Shown: piece after piece, positions 52,006 through 62,532 of the stretch
Numbering within the stretch: the first letter of the stretch is position 1
Layout of the letters: every line of letters starts with the position of its first letter
Assembly (NCBI GenBank): GCA_037189585.1
Contig: JBBCJA010000018.1
Coordinates: 887 to 64,886 of the forward strand
DNA: 64,000 nucleotides
DNA from: Selenomonadaceae bacterium
Lineage (GTDB): Bacteria > Vulcanimicrobiota > Xenobia > Xenobiales > JADMJV01
Direction of reading: 5' to 3'
Notes under the pieces: generated by a model
Told to the model about the DNA's origin: nothing
Seen by the model: the letters and a program-made list of their open reading frames with translations, nothing else
Database searches by the model: none
Program-made: the position numbers and the translations under genes

Positions 52006-54606
52006 CTAGAACCGGTCAGGCACTTCTAGTCGAACTCTCAAAAATGAAGATCGAAGTGACGTGGTGGGGACATCGACAAAGAGAAATTTCTCTCCACCAG
52101 GAGCCGCGTCCCAAAGCCTACTATCCGTGGGTGAGGCGTGAGGGAGCTGGAGTAGCCGCGTGGGGCTCTCGGAATAATCCGGCTTGAGGACCCAAAGGGC
52201 TCCATCACGTTCAAACAAGAGCCTACCGTCCTGTAAAAAGACAGGGTGCCGACCCGGCCCGACACGCCGAAGTTCTCCTTCCGGCAGTCCGCGAAGGTAG
52301 ACCTCTTCCAAGCCGCTTTCGTTAGAAACAAAAGCCAGGATCTTCTCATCCGTGGAAACGTAAGGATGGCGTTCATCAAAAGGCGAGCTAACAACGGCTC
52401 GAGGCTCCTCGCCCGGTTTGACGACGTACAGGTCATGGTCACCGGCCTCGGTCTCTTGTTCAAACCAGATCCCCGAAGGCGTCCAACATTTCACGAACTG
52501 ACGCCGGGAACTCGTGGTGATTCGAGTCATCCGACCAGGTTTATCGAGGTCGAGAACGTAGATGTTGAAAGGTCCCTCTTGATCGGAGCTCACCGCCATA
52601 GTCGTGCCCTCGGGGGCGAAGGCAAAGCTTACGGTATTACCGCGATGAGTCACTCGGCGATCGAGGCGAGTCGAAAGCTCTCGGAACCATAGGGCGCGTA
52701 CATCGTCGTCAAAGCGGCGATAGCAAAGCACTTTGCCGTTCGGCGACAGGCGTGGCTCGACTCCATCAAACAACTCATCGGAGAGTGTCTCGCCCTGAGC
52801 GTCAATCCAAAGAACATGTCCCTCTCCCGTCTCCTCCGGCTCAAGATAGGCAAGCGTCCCCTGAGCCGCGCTGAAACCCGCCGCTCCTTTCTCGACGTCA
52901 CACCAGATTCGGGGAAGAATGACCCGATCGTTTTGCAGCAGCGCACCATCCCGAACCGCAAAGGTTCCTGTATCGGTAGGCCAACCCGAGTAGGCCTGGG
53001 TGGCGACCACACTGCGCTGACCGGTGGAGAGTTCGAGTCGCTCCACTCGACCAGAGGCATAGGTTCCACCGGAGCGCCGAGAAAAGTACAGCCCGTCTTC
53101 ATCGGCTCTGGGCCAACCCAGGACCGAATCTCCCGACTTGGGGTCGGGTGTCAGGAGCTTCTGAACCTTTCCTCCTCCTCCGCTAGCGACGCTGCTAATC
53201 CCACCCGAGGTTGTGGCAAAAACGATCCTCTCATCAACTGTCCAAGTGCCCCCCAGAAACTGATCGATGCGCAGGTCGTCGACGACTCTAGTCACCGGCC
53301 CCCCCTCCAAGGAGACCCAGACCAGACCCTTGCGGCCCAAAAATCCGAGACGGTCTCCCTGAGGAGAAAAGAAGGGGAAAGCTCCGTTCTCACTTCCGAC
53401 GATCAATCGACCCTCGGCCTGGTCGAACGGTTGAAAGAAAAGTTGGCGCCCCTTCTCGGTGAGAACGGGAACGACCACAGCCCGGCCATCCGGACGAAGT
53501 GCCGGTAGCGGATGTTCCACAGCCAAACTGATCCCTGGAGGGAGTGAAACGGAAAGATAAAGCGGTGTGGGAGAAGGTGAGAAAAGTGCCCTGCTTGGCG
53601 CGCTCTCCTGCCCTAGCAGAAAACCTACGCCGACGGCAATTCCAACTAGACCGAGTATGGCGCTGGTCAACCCGAGACGGAAGGGAGAGCTCCCTTTCAC
53701 CTCGGGGCGTGGGTGAGCGCTCGTCTGTCTGAGAGAGCTAGAGCTCGGCTGCTTGAGCGAGACGACTTCAGCCCCGGAGGTCGACACGAGCCTTTCTCCA
53801 ACCTCAGCCATGCTTTGCGGACGATCCTCCGGAGCTTTCCGTAGGCAATCTTTCAGTAAAGCCAAGAGTGAGCCCTGGTCGGGCACCAGGCTCCAGTCCG
53901 GCTCGTTGGTGAGTATGGCGTTGAGAGTCGCCGCGAGATTGTCCTTGGGGAAGGCCAATCGTCCCGTCACGGCCTCGTACAGACAACAACCCAAAGACCA
54001 GATCTCGGTCCGAACATCAGCGGACACCGCCCTGATCTGTTCCGGAGCAAGATAGGGAGCGGTCCCAACCAGGGTGCCTTCTCGCGTCGAGAACTCCGCC
54101 GCGCCGGTCAAGGTACCTTGCAGCTCCTTAGCCAACCCGAAGTCGAGTAGCTTCACCCGGTCGCGCGCCCCAATCATGATATTTCCAGGCTTGAGATCGC
54201 GATGAAGAATCTGACTTTGATGAGCTGTCTCCAGCGCCTCGGCCGCCTGGGCGAAGATCCGGCGAGCGCGGTCGAGGGGAATGGGCCCGGACTCAAGAAG
54301 CTTCTCCAAGGTCTGTCCCTCGACAAGCTCAAGAATCAGACATAGGGTACCCTGGTCGTCCTCCAGGTCGTAGATAGCGCCTATCCCGGGGTGATTGACC
54401 GCCGCGAGCAGCCGAGCCTCACGTTGAAAACGCGCGACTTTCTCCGGCTCGCTTGTCATCGACTCGGGCAAGACCTTGACAGCGACATGGCGCTCGAGGC
54501 GGGTGTCGATGGCTCGATAAACGGCCCCCATTCCACCTTCACCGATCTTCCCAAGGATGCGATACGGTCCGATCTCTTTGTCGGAAGCTAGACTCAACGA
54601 CGCCAA
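52006..54606 (-). CDS. Ser/Thr protein kinase fused to a TolB-like (PD40/WD40-like) beta-propeller region
   Basis: HRDLKPGNIMI, DFGLAK and GTAPYLAPEQ are present. A TM helix is followed by about 500 aa of propeller-like repeats. Confidence 0.85.
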   Translation of the reverse strand: MASLSLASDKEIGPYRILGKIGEGGMGAVYRAIDTRLERHVAVKVLPESMTSEPEKVARFQREARLLAAVNHPGIGAIYDLEDDQGTLCLILELVEGQTLEKLLESGPIPLDRARRIFAQAAEALETAHQSQILHRDLKPGNIMIGARDRVKLLDFGLAKELQGTLTGAAEFSTREGTLVGTAPYLAPEQIRAVSADVRTEIWSLGCCLYEAVTGRLAFPKDNLAATLNAILTNEPDWSLVPDQGSLLALLKDCLRKAPEDRPQSMAEVGERLVSTSGAEVVSLKQPSSSSLRQTSAHPRPEVKGSSPFRLGLTSAILGLVGIAVGVGFLLGQESAPSRALFSPSPTPLYLSVSLPPGISLAVEHPLPALRPDGRAVVVPVLTEKGRQLFFQPFDQAEGRLIVGSENGAFPFFSPQGDRLGFLGRKGLVWVSLEGGPVTRVVDDLRIDQFLGGTWTVDERIVFATTSGGISSVASGGGGKVQKLLTPDPKSGDSVLGWPRADEDGLYFSRRSGGTYASGRVERLELSTGQRSVVATQAYSGWPTDTGTFAVRDGALLQNDRVILPRIWCDVEKGAAGFSAAQGTLAYLEPEETGEGHVLWIDAQGETLSDELFDGVEPRLSPNGKVLCYRRFDDDVRALWFRELSTRLDRRVTHRGNTVSFAFAPEGTTMAVSSDQEGPFNIYVLDLDKPGRMTRITTSSRRQFVKCWTPSGIWFEQETEAGDHDLYVVKPGEEPRAVVSSPFDERHPYVSTDEKILAFVSNESGLEEVYLRGLPEGELRRVGPGRHPVFLQDGRLLFERDGALWVLKPDYSESPTRLLQLPHASPTDSRLWDAAPGGEKFLFVDVPTTSLRSSFLRVRLEVPDRF

Positions 54607-54784
54607 GTCCCTATAGCGACCTTGCTCTCCACAATCCCCATCCAGAGAAATTGCTCGAGGAGTGAGGTTGTTCCTTGCCAGGAGGAGGCGCCCTTTCAGG
54701 TCACTTTATCATACTACGGGAACTGAGTATGGCGGGTCAGGAACGAAGAACATCAAGCCTGAGCCTGACGGAGACTAGGCGATA

Positions 54785-54818
54785 AGTAAGGAGCCCGACA
54801 TTTGCCGGGCTCCTTACT
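54785..54818 (-). terminator. 13-bp hairpin downstream of the pseudopilin operon (no clear U-tract)
   Basis: agtaaggagcccg (54785-54797) pairs with cgggctccttact (54806-54818). It lies 15 nt past the stop at 54833. Confidence 0.45.
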
Positions 54819-54832
54819 CTCGAGCGAGGTCG

Positions 54833-55585
54833 CTAATGGAAGGCGGCCAAACGGAAGGTGATGCTGTAGGTGTGCGGTTTGCCGCGCTCGTTCTGCAGCA
54901 GCTTGATCTCGGCTTCCAGCATTCGGGTGTTGTCCGAGGCGGCTCCCTTTCTTGGATTAACCGTGGTCAAGGATTCCGCCCCGCCGGAACCGCCCGCTCG
55001 ACGGACGAACTGGACACGAAACCCGCCGAACTCATCGGTGGCAAGAGTTCCTTCAGGACCGGCGTTAGGGACGCTCACATTGGGGAGCAGGATGTCGCGC
55101 ATCATCACTCTTTGTTTGGCGGGCTCCACCATCGAAGGAAGGGTGGACGAGACACCGGGCAAGAGGTCTTTCTTCACGATCTCTTTCTCCCAGCGAACCA
55201 GGGATCCGGTCAAGGCATCGTCACCACGACTGACGGTGTAGAGCACATGCTTGTCCCATTGGGGCGCGCCCCACCGATTGATCAGAGGCTTTCCCCGAAG
55301 TTCCGGGTCGTAAGCCCGATTGGAGACCAAGGACATACCCGGAGCTTCGGTCGATCTTTCCGCGTTGGGAAAGACCTCTATGCTGGCAAGCGCCGACTCG
55401 TTCACATCGCGCTTGATCCACTCCACGGCCTTCTCCGTCTCTCCACTAACCAGATAGCTAGAGGCGGTCGCCCTCTGCCCACCCCAGATCAGGTTGGAGA
55501 TCGACCAGAGGAGGACGCCGGCCAGGACCGCCAGGGCGAAGTAAACGACCAGCTCCATGATTGTCATACCGCGTTGGTTTCTCAT
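54833..55585 (-). CDS. Minor pseudopilin, GspJ-like size
   Basis: Leader MRNQRG followed by MTIMELVVYFALAVLAGVLL (Glu+5). ATG 55585 lies 5 nt after GGAGG. Confidence 0.8.
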   Translation of the reverse strand: MRNQRGMTIMELVVYFALAVLAGVLLWSISNLIWGGQRATASSYLVSGETEKAVEWIKRDVNESALASIEVFPNAERSTEAPGMSLVSNRAYDPELRGKPLINRWGAPQWDKHVLYTVSRGDDALTGSLVRWEKEIVKKDLLPGVSSTLPSMVEPAKQRVMMRDILLPNVSVPNAGPEGTLATDEFGGFRVQFVRRAGGSGGAESLTTVNPRKGAASDNTRMLEAEIKLLQNERGKPHTYSITFRLAAFH

Positions 55586-55587
55586 CA

Positions 55588-56031
55588 CTACCTCCATACC
55601 GGAACTCGAACTTCGAGCTTCTTGTTGTCGCTGGTCAGGGTCTGATCGGTCTGGGTGTCTCCCACCCCTTCACGCCAAGTGATGGTCACGGTCACGACAT
55701 CGGAGTTACCCGTCGCCGTTCCCACAAAGCTCCCGTTCTCGTAACTAACCGTCTTCTCGAAAGCCATCTCTTGCTGGCGGTTTCCTACCCAAACAGTGAC
55801 CGGAGCTTCGTCTTTTAACGACCATCGCTGGGGTGCGGGGTTACCGTAGGTATGAGCCTCGATGTCGTCCATCATCCCCTGGGCCATCATGATGGCGACA
55901 CTTCGATTGCGACTGGCCACCGCGACCTGGTTGCTGTTGGAGAAGATGGTCAGGAAGGCCACCAGGACGACCAGAGAGACTGCCAGAGAGACGATGATCT
56001 CCATCAGAGAGAATCCACGTTGACGTTTCAT
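55588..56031 (-). CDS. Minor pseudopilin, GspI-like size
   Basis: Leader MKRQRG followed by FSLMEIIVSLAVSLVVLVAF (Glu+5). The ATG overlaps the upstream stop (ATGA). Confidence 0.8.
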   Translation of the reverse strand: MKRQRGFSLMEIIVSLAVSLVVLVAFLTIFSNSNQVAVASRNRSVAIMMAQGMMDDIEAHTYGNPAPQRWSLKDEAPVTVWVGNRQQEMAFEKTVSYENGSFVGTATGNSDVVTVTITWREGVGDTQTDQTLTSDNKKLEVRVPVWR

Positions 56032-58970
56032 AGCTCCCAACCTCCCGCGGTCATATGGTGGGTCACCGGCGGAGGTCCGACCTGAACCGCCAGTCCGCTG
56101 TCGTGGGCCGCTCCGTAGGCCTCGAAAGCCGCCCGCTCAAGCGCCGTCGCGCCTGGCACTTCCTTGGGCAAGTAGAGGGACGCCTGGTTGAAGTAGGGAT
56201 AGTAGAGGAAGTTACCCACGTTGATGCTGCCGTTGCGAGCCAGTAGGGTTCCGATAGTGAGATCCGCCTGGCTGCTGATGCTCTCCTCAGCCACCAACAT
56301 TCCGCTGACCTGACGAGCCTCCGCTCCGATTTTGATATTCCGCCCGTGGATCAACAGGCCAGCGTACTCCTTGAGATACTTATCGGCATCAAGGACGTTG
56401 GTGTTGGCCAGAAGGTCGCCCAGCAAGTTACGTCCGTGGTTACCTAGCCTTGTTTGGAATCCGCTAACGAAATCCTGATAAAAGTCATCCACCGCGTCCT
56501 CATCGCGCTTGACTTCATCCACGATGGCGTTGGCTACATCCATAATAGGTCCGAACCCACCCGGGGCCAGAATTCGAGCCGCCTCTTCGGTCAACTTGGA
56601 GACACACTGTTTGAGAGCCCAGGCTACCGTGTGCTGGCTGGTCATCCTCTCCAGAAAACCGCGGACTTCGTTCTCCAGGTTCTCGGGGTCCAGCTCGCTC
56701 GACGTCAGCAAGGTTCGAGCCGCTCCGGCCGACCGCAAGGCCGCCCCTAAGTCGAGGTTGTGCGCCATCGGTACGACTCCGTTGCCGAAAGGCCACCAGT
56801 CGCTCTGGGGGTAAAGGTTCTCACCCAGGGTGGCGTTGAGTCCGGCCGTGTAGGCGAAAGTCTTGGCGCGGAAGGCGAAGACCCAGAGGTTCTCCTTGGG
56901 AGATGGGGCCGGAGCGATGGCCACTACCGGCGGAAAGGGTATCGTCACCAGCTGGAAAGTGGTGGCATAGCGGGCGTAATACGGGTTGCGCAGGTGGAAC
57001 GGTCCAGCCAATTTCGAGAGTAGTGGAGCCGCCTGCTCGACTAGATTGCGCACTGTGTTGGCGCCCTCGGCGGTACCGGGAAGGTCCAGCGCAGCGATCA
57101 GGTCGGCGATGGTGTGGGCCGCGTAGGTTCCGTGAGGAATGGTGACGTCGCCGTCGACCAACAGAGCCGAGCTGATGGGATGGATCTCCCCGGGTTCGCC
57201 GGCCACCATAATGGAGCCGAATTGCGGGCTTCCTTGGCACTCGAAGTCGCCTCTGACGATCAACGTCGCGCCCTCTTCGAAGAAAACCCTGCCGCTAGGG
57301 GCGAAGGCGTCCGAGATGGAGACCGTCGCCACTGGAGAAGCCAGTTTAAGATTCCCGTTGACGATCATCACCGTCCCCCGCTGCAGCCAGAGGTCTCCCT
57401 GAATCTCCATACTGCCGTCGTAGCGCAGCGTTCGGGAGGCGGGCACGGTCCAGGTGCTGCGAGAGACAAACTTATCTCCCGTCCACTCGAAGCCGGGCAC
57501 CTCGTCGGCCGGACCGTAGTGAACCACACGGACATCGGTGCTGACGGCAGCTGCGATATCCTTGAGATCTCCGCCTCTGCAGATAGAGGTGACGAGTTCC
57601 GCCATCTTCCCCATCGTCTTAGAGTAGTTCCATCCCCATTGGCCGTCGCGGCCTTCCGGATCTTCCTCTCGGGTCTCGGGAAGAGGAGAAGAGCCCGACC
57701 CGATCCTACCTTCGGCGATACCGGCGGCTTCTTCAGCCGAATCTTCCAGAAAATCCTCGATCTGCTCGAAGGCGCGCCGGGCGTCGGCCAGTTCGTCGTT
57801 GGCATCGTCTAAGGCGTCCCGGTTATGATCGTTGGGATTGGCGGTATAGGCGGCTTGAGCCGCATCCTTGGCGGCCTGGGCCTCCTCAAGCTTTCGCCGA
57901 GCTTCTTCCAACAGGCGAGCCGCGTCCTCTTGCTCTCTGGCTATCTCGCTCAGGCGGCCCAGGTCAGGATCGTGTTGGCGAGAAAATCCGAGGTCGGGCT
58001 GAAACGGAACGTGCAGCCAGACTTCCCAAACCAGCCCGGGAACGACCATACTGGCACCCGGTATGATGGGAGTGGGAAACTTCCAGGCCTGGCGCAGGCT
58101 GAGCACGCTCTCTGGATTGAAGTCGCCACCAAACATAATGTTGAGCATGTCGGCGAGACCCATCCGCTCACTGATGAGGGAAGTCTTGTTGCCGCTGGCC
58201 GTGCTCCCGGCAAGCGTGGATCCGGCCGCGGCCAAACCTTCTAGTAGCTCGTTCTCGTATGCCGGCAGGGGAAGATTACCGTTGAAACCCAAACCGGCTC
58301 CGGCTTCGATGGTAATGCTACCGGCCCGGGAGTGAGCTTCTCCGTAGGCGAGATCCTCGATGGTGATATCGCCCTGAGCGCCTAGCAGCGCCGGCACTCC
58401 CGAGTAAGCCTCGCTAGAGGCGGTCTCCTCATCGTGCTCGGGGTTCTGCCAGCCCGCGACCTCGCCCAACTTGATATTCCCCTTTGGAGCGTAGGCGGCG
58501 TAGCCTGGAATCTCGCTTTCCACCATCCGGTAGCCGCCCTTACGAACACCGGCCTTCAGGCCGCCAAGTCCGGTCGCCGTAACCTCTAAGTAGCGATGAG
58601 CGTGAGCCAGATTATCCGTCTTGAGATCAGGTAGTCCACTCCACTTTCCGCCGGTCTGTTCGAACAGCTTCTTGGCATATTGGGGTTCGATCTTGTTGGC
58701 GTTGTCGTCACCGGTGACATCCTCGATCTGGGTTCCTAATCCCAACCCCCAGGGCACACTTTGACCCAACAGTCTTTCTCGTACCGCGAAGTTACGGGAT
58801 TCTCGAAATCTCAACTCGGCCTCGGAATGAAGCAACGCCCCTCGCGATGTGGTCTGTTGATGGTGCAAGGCGATGACGACGACCATGAAAACGGCGATGA
58901 TACCCAGGACCATCGCCAATGTACTGCCCCTGCGTCGTCGCCGCTGGCGACTTAGTGAATTGGTGGACAT
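56028..58970 (-). CDS. Giant GspK/PilX-like minor-pseudopilin-family protein (about 980 aa)
   Basis: RRRRRGSTLAMVLGIIAVFMVVVIAL is followed by a PilX_N-like helix. An acidic coiled coil is present (EQEDAARLLEEARRKLEEAQAAKDAAQ...). Its beta-rich blocks (VMIVNGNLKLAS, ATLIVRGDFECQG) resemble those of the other two K-like proteins. Confidence 0.6.
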   Translation of the reverse strand: MSTNSLSRQRRRRRGSTLAMVLGIIAVFMVVVIALHHQQTTSRGALLHSEAELRFRESRNFAVRERLLGQSVPWGLGLGTQIEDVTGDDNANKIEPQYAKKLFEQTGGKWSGLPDLKTDNLAHAHRYLEVTATGLGGLKAGVRKGGYRMVESEIPGYAAYAPKGNIKLGEVAGWQNPEHDEETASSEAYSGVPALLGAQGDITIEDLAYGEAHSRAGSITIEAGAGLGFNGNLPLPAYENELLEGLAAAGSTLAGSTASGNKTSLISERMGLADMLNIMFGGDFNPESVLSLRQAWKFPTPIIPGASMVVPGLVWEVWLHVPFQPDLGFSRQHDPDLGRLSEIAREQEDAARLLEEARRKLEEAQAAKDAAQAAYTANPNDHNRDALDDANDELADARRAFEQIEDFLEDSAEEAAGIAEGRIGSGSSPLPETREEDPEGRDGQWGWNYSKTMGKMAELVTSICRGGDLKDIAAAVSTDVRVVHYGPADEVPGFEWTGDKFVSRSTWTVPASRTLRYDGSMEIQGDLWLQRGTVMIVNGNLKLASPVATVSISDAFAPSGRVFFEEGATLIVRGDFECQGSPQFGSIMVAGEPGEIHPISSALLVDGDVTIPHGTYAAHTIADLIAALDLPGTAEGANTVRNLVEQAAPLLSKLAGPFHLRNPYYARYATTFQLVTIPFPPVVAIAPAPSPKENLWVFAFRAKTFAYTAGLNATLGENLYPQSDWWPFGNGVVPMAHNLDLGAALRSAGAARTLLTSSELDPENLENEVRGFLERMTSQHTVAWALKQCVSKLTEEAARILAPGGFGPIMDVANAIVDEVKRDEDAVDDFYQDFVSGFQTRLGNHGRNLLGDLLANTNVLDADKYLKEYAGLLIHGRNIKIGAEARQVSGMLVAEESISSQADLTIGTLLARNGSINVGNFLYYPYFNQASLYLPKEVPGATALERAAFEAYGAAHDSGLAVQVGPPPVTHHMTAGGWEL

Positions 58971-59347
58971 AGCGGCTATTCTCATAACTTGAGCCTCCTT
59001 CGATCTGATCCGTCCAGGCCAGACAGAGGACCACTCTAATCTCTTTTCGTGGTCCCCAATCCCGACCCACGTTAACAGCGTAAAACTGTGCCAGATCTAG
59101 CTCCGTGAAATCACCCACCTTGTATGGGGAAGCACATCGTGTTCCGGGCCACAAATGGGTGGGATGGACCAGGTGGGATAGGAAATAGGGCAGAACTTGA
59201 AAAAGCTAAATACGAAGCGATGAAGGGCTCCGCCTTGGGGATAGGGATGGGATGCTCTGGTATAAACACCTTTCCCGACCCCTCTAGTACGAAATTCCTA
59301 AAGGCGATCAAGAGTCCCACGCGACGAAGTAAAACTTGGAGGATACC

Positions 59348-59716
59348 ATGAAACCCATTGAATGCGATTTCTGCGCGCTCGCTCCCTCCGAGGTGACGGT
59401 AACTCGGAAGGACCGTCAAGGAGCCGTCCGCGCCTGCCTTCGTCTCTGTCGTCGCTGTGTCGATCTGCAACAATACATCACGCTCGTGCAAGACAAGGTC
59501 TTAAACGAGAAAGCGCCGTGCCTGGTCTGCGGACGCCCCGCTTCTGTCGAGACCGTGAGCCGGGGTCCGAATGACAAACTTCTCGGCCGCGCCATGCTGT
59601 GCTCTTCCTGCACCAACCCTCCTCCCCCCAACCTTCCGGCGATGCTCCGCATTAGCAACCTCTGGACCCCTGGGGTCCTAGAGCTACCCCAACCGGCTCA
59701 ACGCGTCAGGCCATAA
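59348..59716 (+). CDS. Cys-rich (zinc-ribbon-like) hypothetical protein
   Basis: CDFC...CRRC and CLVC...CSSC pairs are present. ATG 59348 lies 5 nt after GGAGG. Confidence 0.5.
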   Translation: MKPIECDFCALAPSEVTVTRKDRQGAVRACLRLCRRCVDLQQYITLVQDKVLNEKAPCLVCGRPASVETVSRGPNDKLLGRAMLCSSCTNPPPPNLPAMLRISNLWTPGVLELPQPAQRVRP

Positions 59717-59727
59717 GCCGTGGTCGC

Positions 59728-62421
59728 CTACAGGCTGTCCTCGCAGGCCGCCTTTCCGTGGGTCTGAGCCAGGTCTTCCAAGCAGCGGGCGACTAGCGCT
59801 GTCCATCCCGTCTGATGACAGGAACCCAGGCCTTTTCCGCTTTCGGCATGAAAGTACTCGTGAAACAAGAGCCCTTCGTTCCAGAGCGGTCTAGGGTGCC
59901 GTGAGGAGGCGTCGGGGTCCGAGGGGATCTGTCCGTCGCCGCGGACTTGAAACAGAGAAACGAGCCGTGCCTCAAGATCGCGCGCGGCTTCCAGTAGGGT
60001 GACCCAGCGACCGCTCCGCGTGGGCAGCTCCACCTTAAATTCGTCACCATAGAAGGCGTAATAACGCTTCAGGGCGTCGATCAGAAGATAGCTGGTGGGG
60101 AACCAGATGGGACCCCTCCAGTTGGAGTTTCCTCCGAACATTCCACTACGAGACTCTCCCGGCTCGTAGGAGACTTCAAACCGCTGGCCGGCGTATTGGA
60201 TGGAGAAGGGGTGTTCCTCGTGGTACTTAGAGAGGCTGCGAATGCCGTAGGGCGAGAGAAACTCATCCTCGTCAAACAGACGTTCCAGCAACGACTTCAA
60301 CCGGCTCTCCGGCACCAGCGATAGAAGCATCTTACCGCCGTCGGAGCTATGCTGTAGATGGCGCGCCAGTTCCGGCTGTTCATTGAGGAACCAGCGAAAT
60401 CGTGCGTGAAATCCCTCCATTTTCTCCAACTGCTCTCTATCTAGAATCTCGACGGCGATCAGCGGAAGAAGTCCCACCAGAGAGCGAATACGGATTGGGA
60501 TGTGGGGAACATCCTCGTTGTTCGGTATGACGAAGTCGTAATAAAAGCGGTCCTCGGCATGCCACAAACCTTTGCCGCAATCGGAGTTGACCGAGTTGGC
60601 GATGGCCACGAAGTGTTCGAAGAACTTGGAGGCAATGTCCTGATAAGGCTCGCTCTTGACCGCGAGCTCGAAAGCCATCTGCAGCATACGAAGCCCGAAG
60701 AAACCCATCCAGGCGGTGGCATCCGACTGATTCAGCTCGCCCAACGACTTGGGGAAGCGGCTCCGGTCGAAGGCTCCGATGTTGTCGAGTCCCATGAAGC
60801 CTCCGGTGAAGACGTTGTCTCCGTCGGCGTCGGTGCGGTTGACCCACCAGGTGAAGTTGAGAAGCAGCTTGTGAAAGGCGCGCTCCAAGAAATTCCGGTC
60901 CCAACCTCCGGTGGCCCGATAGACCCGTAAGCAGGCCCAGGCATGCACCGGCGGATTGACGTCGGAGAAGTTGAATTCATAAGCCGGAAGCTGCCCGTTC
61001 GGATGCATGTACCACTCGCGCAGCATCAAGAGAAGCTGCTCCTTGGCAAAGGACGGATCTAGAGCCGCCATCGGGTAAGCGTGAAAAGCCAGGTCCCAGG
61101 CTGCGTACCATGGATACTCCCAGGTGTCCGGCATCAAGATCACATCGCGGTTGTACAGGTTTCCACGCCAGTCGAGATTGCGAGCGCGCTCCTCCGGCTT
61201 GGGCGGTGGCAGCTGAGTGGGATCGCCCTCGAACCAGTCTTTCACCGAGTAGAAGTAGAAGGTCTTCGACCAGAGCAGCCCGGCATAGGCCTGTCGCCAA
61301 ATCCTGCCATCCTCTGGAGTTAAGCCTGGGTTCAGGCTGTCGTAATACTCGTCGGCTTCCTTCCGTCTCTTCTTCAATGTGTTGTCGAAACCGTGGAAAG
61401 GATTTTTGCTCAGCTCCTCGGGAGTGGTCAGCAGGAAATCGAAAGTCCGAGACTCTCCACCGACGAGTTCCATTCGATACAAAACACCCGCCTTGGTCCC
61501 TTCGCGGCGAGGATTGACGGCGTCTCGATGACGGTTCACGACATAGCGATGAAAGGCGTTCTTGACGTAAGGGGTCTCGTTGGCGACTCCCCATAGCAGT
61601 TTTTGGTCGGTCTCGTTGTCGGTGAAAAGAATCTCCCCGCTCGACTCGCGCCAGGCGAAAACGAGCTTCCCCAGCTCATCGTGTTGAAGGCCCAGACGAT
61701 TTTGCCCCAGCTCCTCAAGCTCGGGTCTGGGGCTGTAATCCTCCCCCTGGCGCCCCCACTTCCACACGTTGCGATACCAGATCTGAGCCAACAAGCAGAG
61801 CTCCGCGGCATGCTCACCGCGATTGGACACGACGTAACGGATCAACGTCGTGTCGGGACCGCCTTTGGCATAGATGACGTCGAGGTCAAAGAAAGCGTTG
61901 TCGTCCAGCACACCGGTGTCGAGCAGCTCGAACTCATCGTCATCTCGGTCGCGCTCCCGATTGACTCGCCGCAACTCCTGATAAGGGAAGGCGGCCTGAG
62001 GATAACGATAGCGGCCCCGGCAGTAAGAGTGGGTCGGGGTCGCGTCGAGGTAGTAGTAGAGCTCCTTGACATCCTCCCCATGGTTTCCCTCGGGACCGGT
62101 CAGTCCGAAGAGTTTCTCCTTAAGATGGTCGTCCCGACCGTTCCATAAAGCGGGAGAGACGGCGATACGACACTGGCGGTCGCACCAACCGAGCAGTCCG
62201 TCCTCGCCCCAGCGATAGACGCGACTTCGCGAGGTTTCGTAGTCAAAGGAGGTCCAGCTCTGGCCTCCTCGAGAATAGTCCTCGCGAACTGTGGCCCATT
62301 GGCGGGCCGGAAGGTACGTACCCCAGCGCTTCCAATTTTTCGCGCGTCTCTCATCTTCGGCCAGACGTCTACCCTCGGCCGTGTCCTTCGGTTCTTTCTT
62401 TCTGACCACACCTTTTGCCAT
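59728..62421 (-). CDS. GH63/MGH1-like (alpha/alpha)6 glycoside hydrolase (glucosidase family)
   Basis: About 897 aa. The N-terminal WKRWGTYLPARQWATVREDYS...WGEDGLLGWCD block and C-terminal six-hairpin-like region resemble the family annotated as glucosidase/mannosylglycerate hydrolase-like. ATG 62421 chosen because the track start overlaps the neighbouring terminator. Confidence 0.55.
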   Translation of the reverse strand: MAKGVVRKKEPKDTAEGRRLAEDERRAKNWKRWGTYLPARQWATVREDYSRGGQSWTSFDYETSRSRVYRWGEDGLLGWCDRQCRIAVSPALWNGRDDHLKEKLFGLTGPEGNHGEDVKELYYYLDATPTHSYCRGRYRYPQAAFPYQELRRVNRERDRDDDEFELLDTGVLDDNAFFDLDVIYAKGGPDTTLIRYVVSNRGEHAAELCLLAQIWYRNVWKWGRQGEDYSPRPELEELGQNRLGLQHDELGKLVFAWRESSGEILFTDNETDQKLLWGVANETPYVKNAFHRYVVNRHRDAVNPRREGTKAGVLYRMELVGGESRTFDFLLTTPEELSKNPFHGFDNTLKKRRKEADEYYDSLNPGLTPEDGRIWRQAYAGLLWSKTFYFYSVKDWFEGDPTQLPPPKPEERARNLDWRGNLYNRDVILMPDTWEYPWYAAWDLAFHAYPMAALDPSFAKEQLLLMLREWYMHPNGQLPAYEFNFSDVNPPVHAWACLRVYRATGGWDRNFLERAFHKLLLNFTWWVNRTDADGDNVFTGGFMGLDNIGAFDRSRFPKSLGELNQSDATAWMGFFGLRMLQMAFELAVKSEPYQDIASKFFEHFVAIANSVNSDCGKGLWHAEDRFYYDFVIPNNEDVPHIPIRIRSLVGLLPLIAVEILDREQLEKMEGFHARFRWFLNEQPELARHLQHSSDGGKMLLSLVPESRLKSLLERLFDEDEFLSPYGIRSLSKYHEEHPFSIQYAGQRFEVSYEPGESRSGMFGGNSNWRGPIWFPTSYLLIDALKRYYAFYGDEFKVELPTRSGRWVTLLEAARDLEARLVSLFQVRGDGQIPSDPDASSRHPRPLWNEGLLFHEYFHAESGKGLGSCHQTGWTALVARCLEDLAQTHGKAACEDSL

Positions 62422-62532
62422 GGTGGCGCCTTCTTGGAAAATATCCGAATCCTTCATGCCAAGAAGCCCGTCAAGATCAGAAAATTCTGGCTTCATGTCC
62501 AAACGAAAGAGAGAAGAAAGTCGGCGCACCCA

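Noticed and set aside
54836-55645. 269-aa ORF on the + strand
   Set aside because: It is antisense to the J-like pseudopilin gene, which has a prepilin motif and a GGAGG RBS.
46198-58970. A complete type II secretion or type IV pilus machine
   Set aside because: Only minor-pseudopilin-like genes are present. No GspE/PilB ATPase, GspF/PilC platform, secretin, major pilin or prepilin peptidase gene is in the window.
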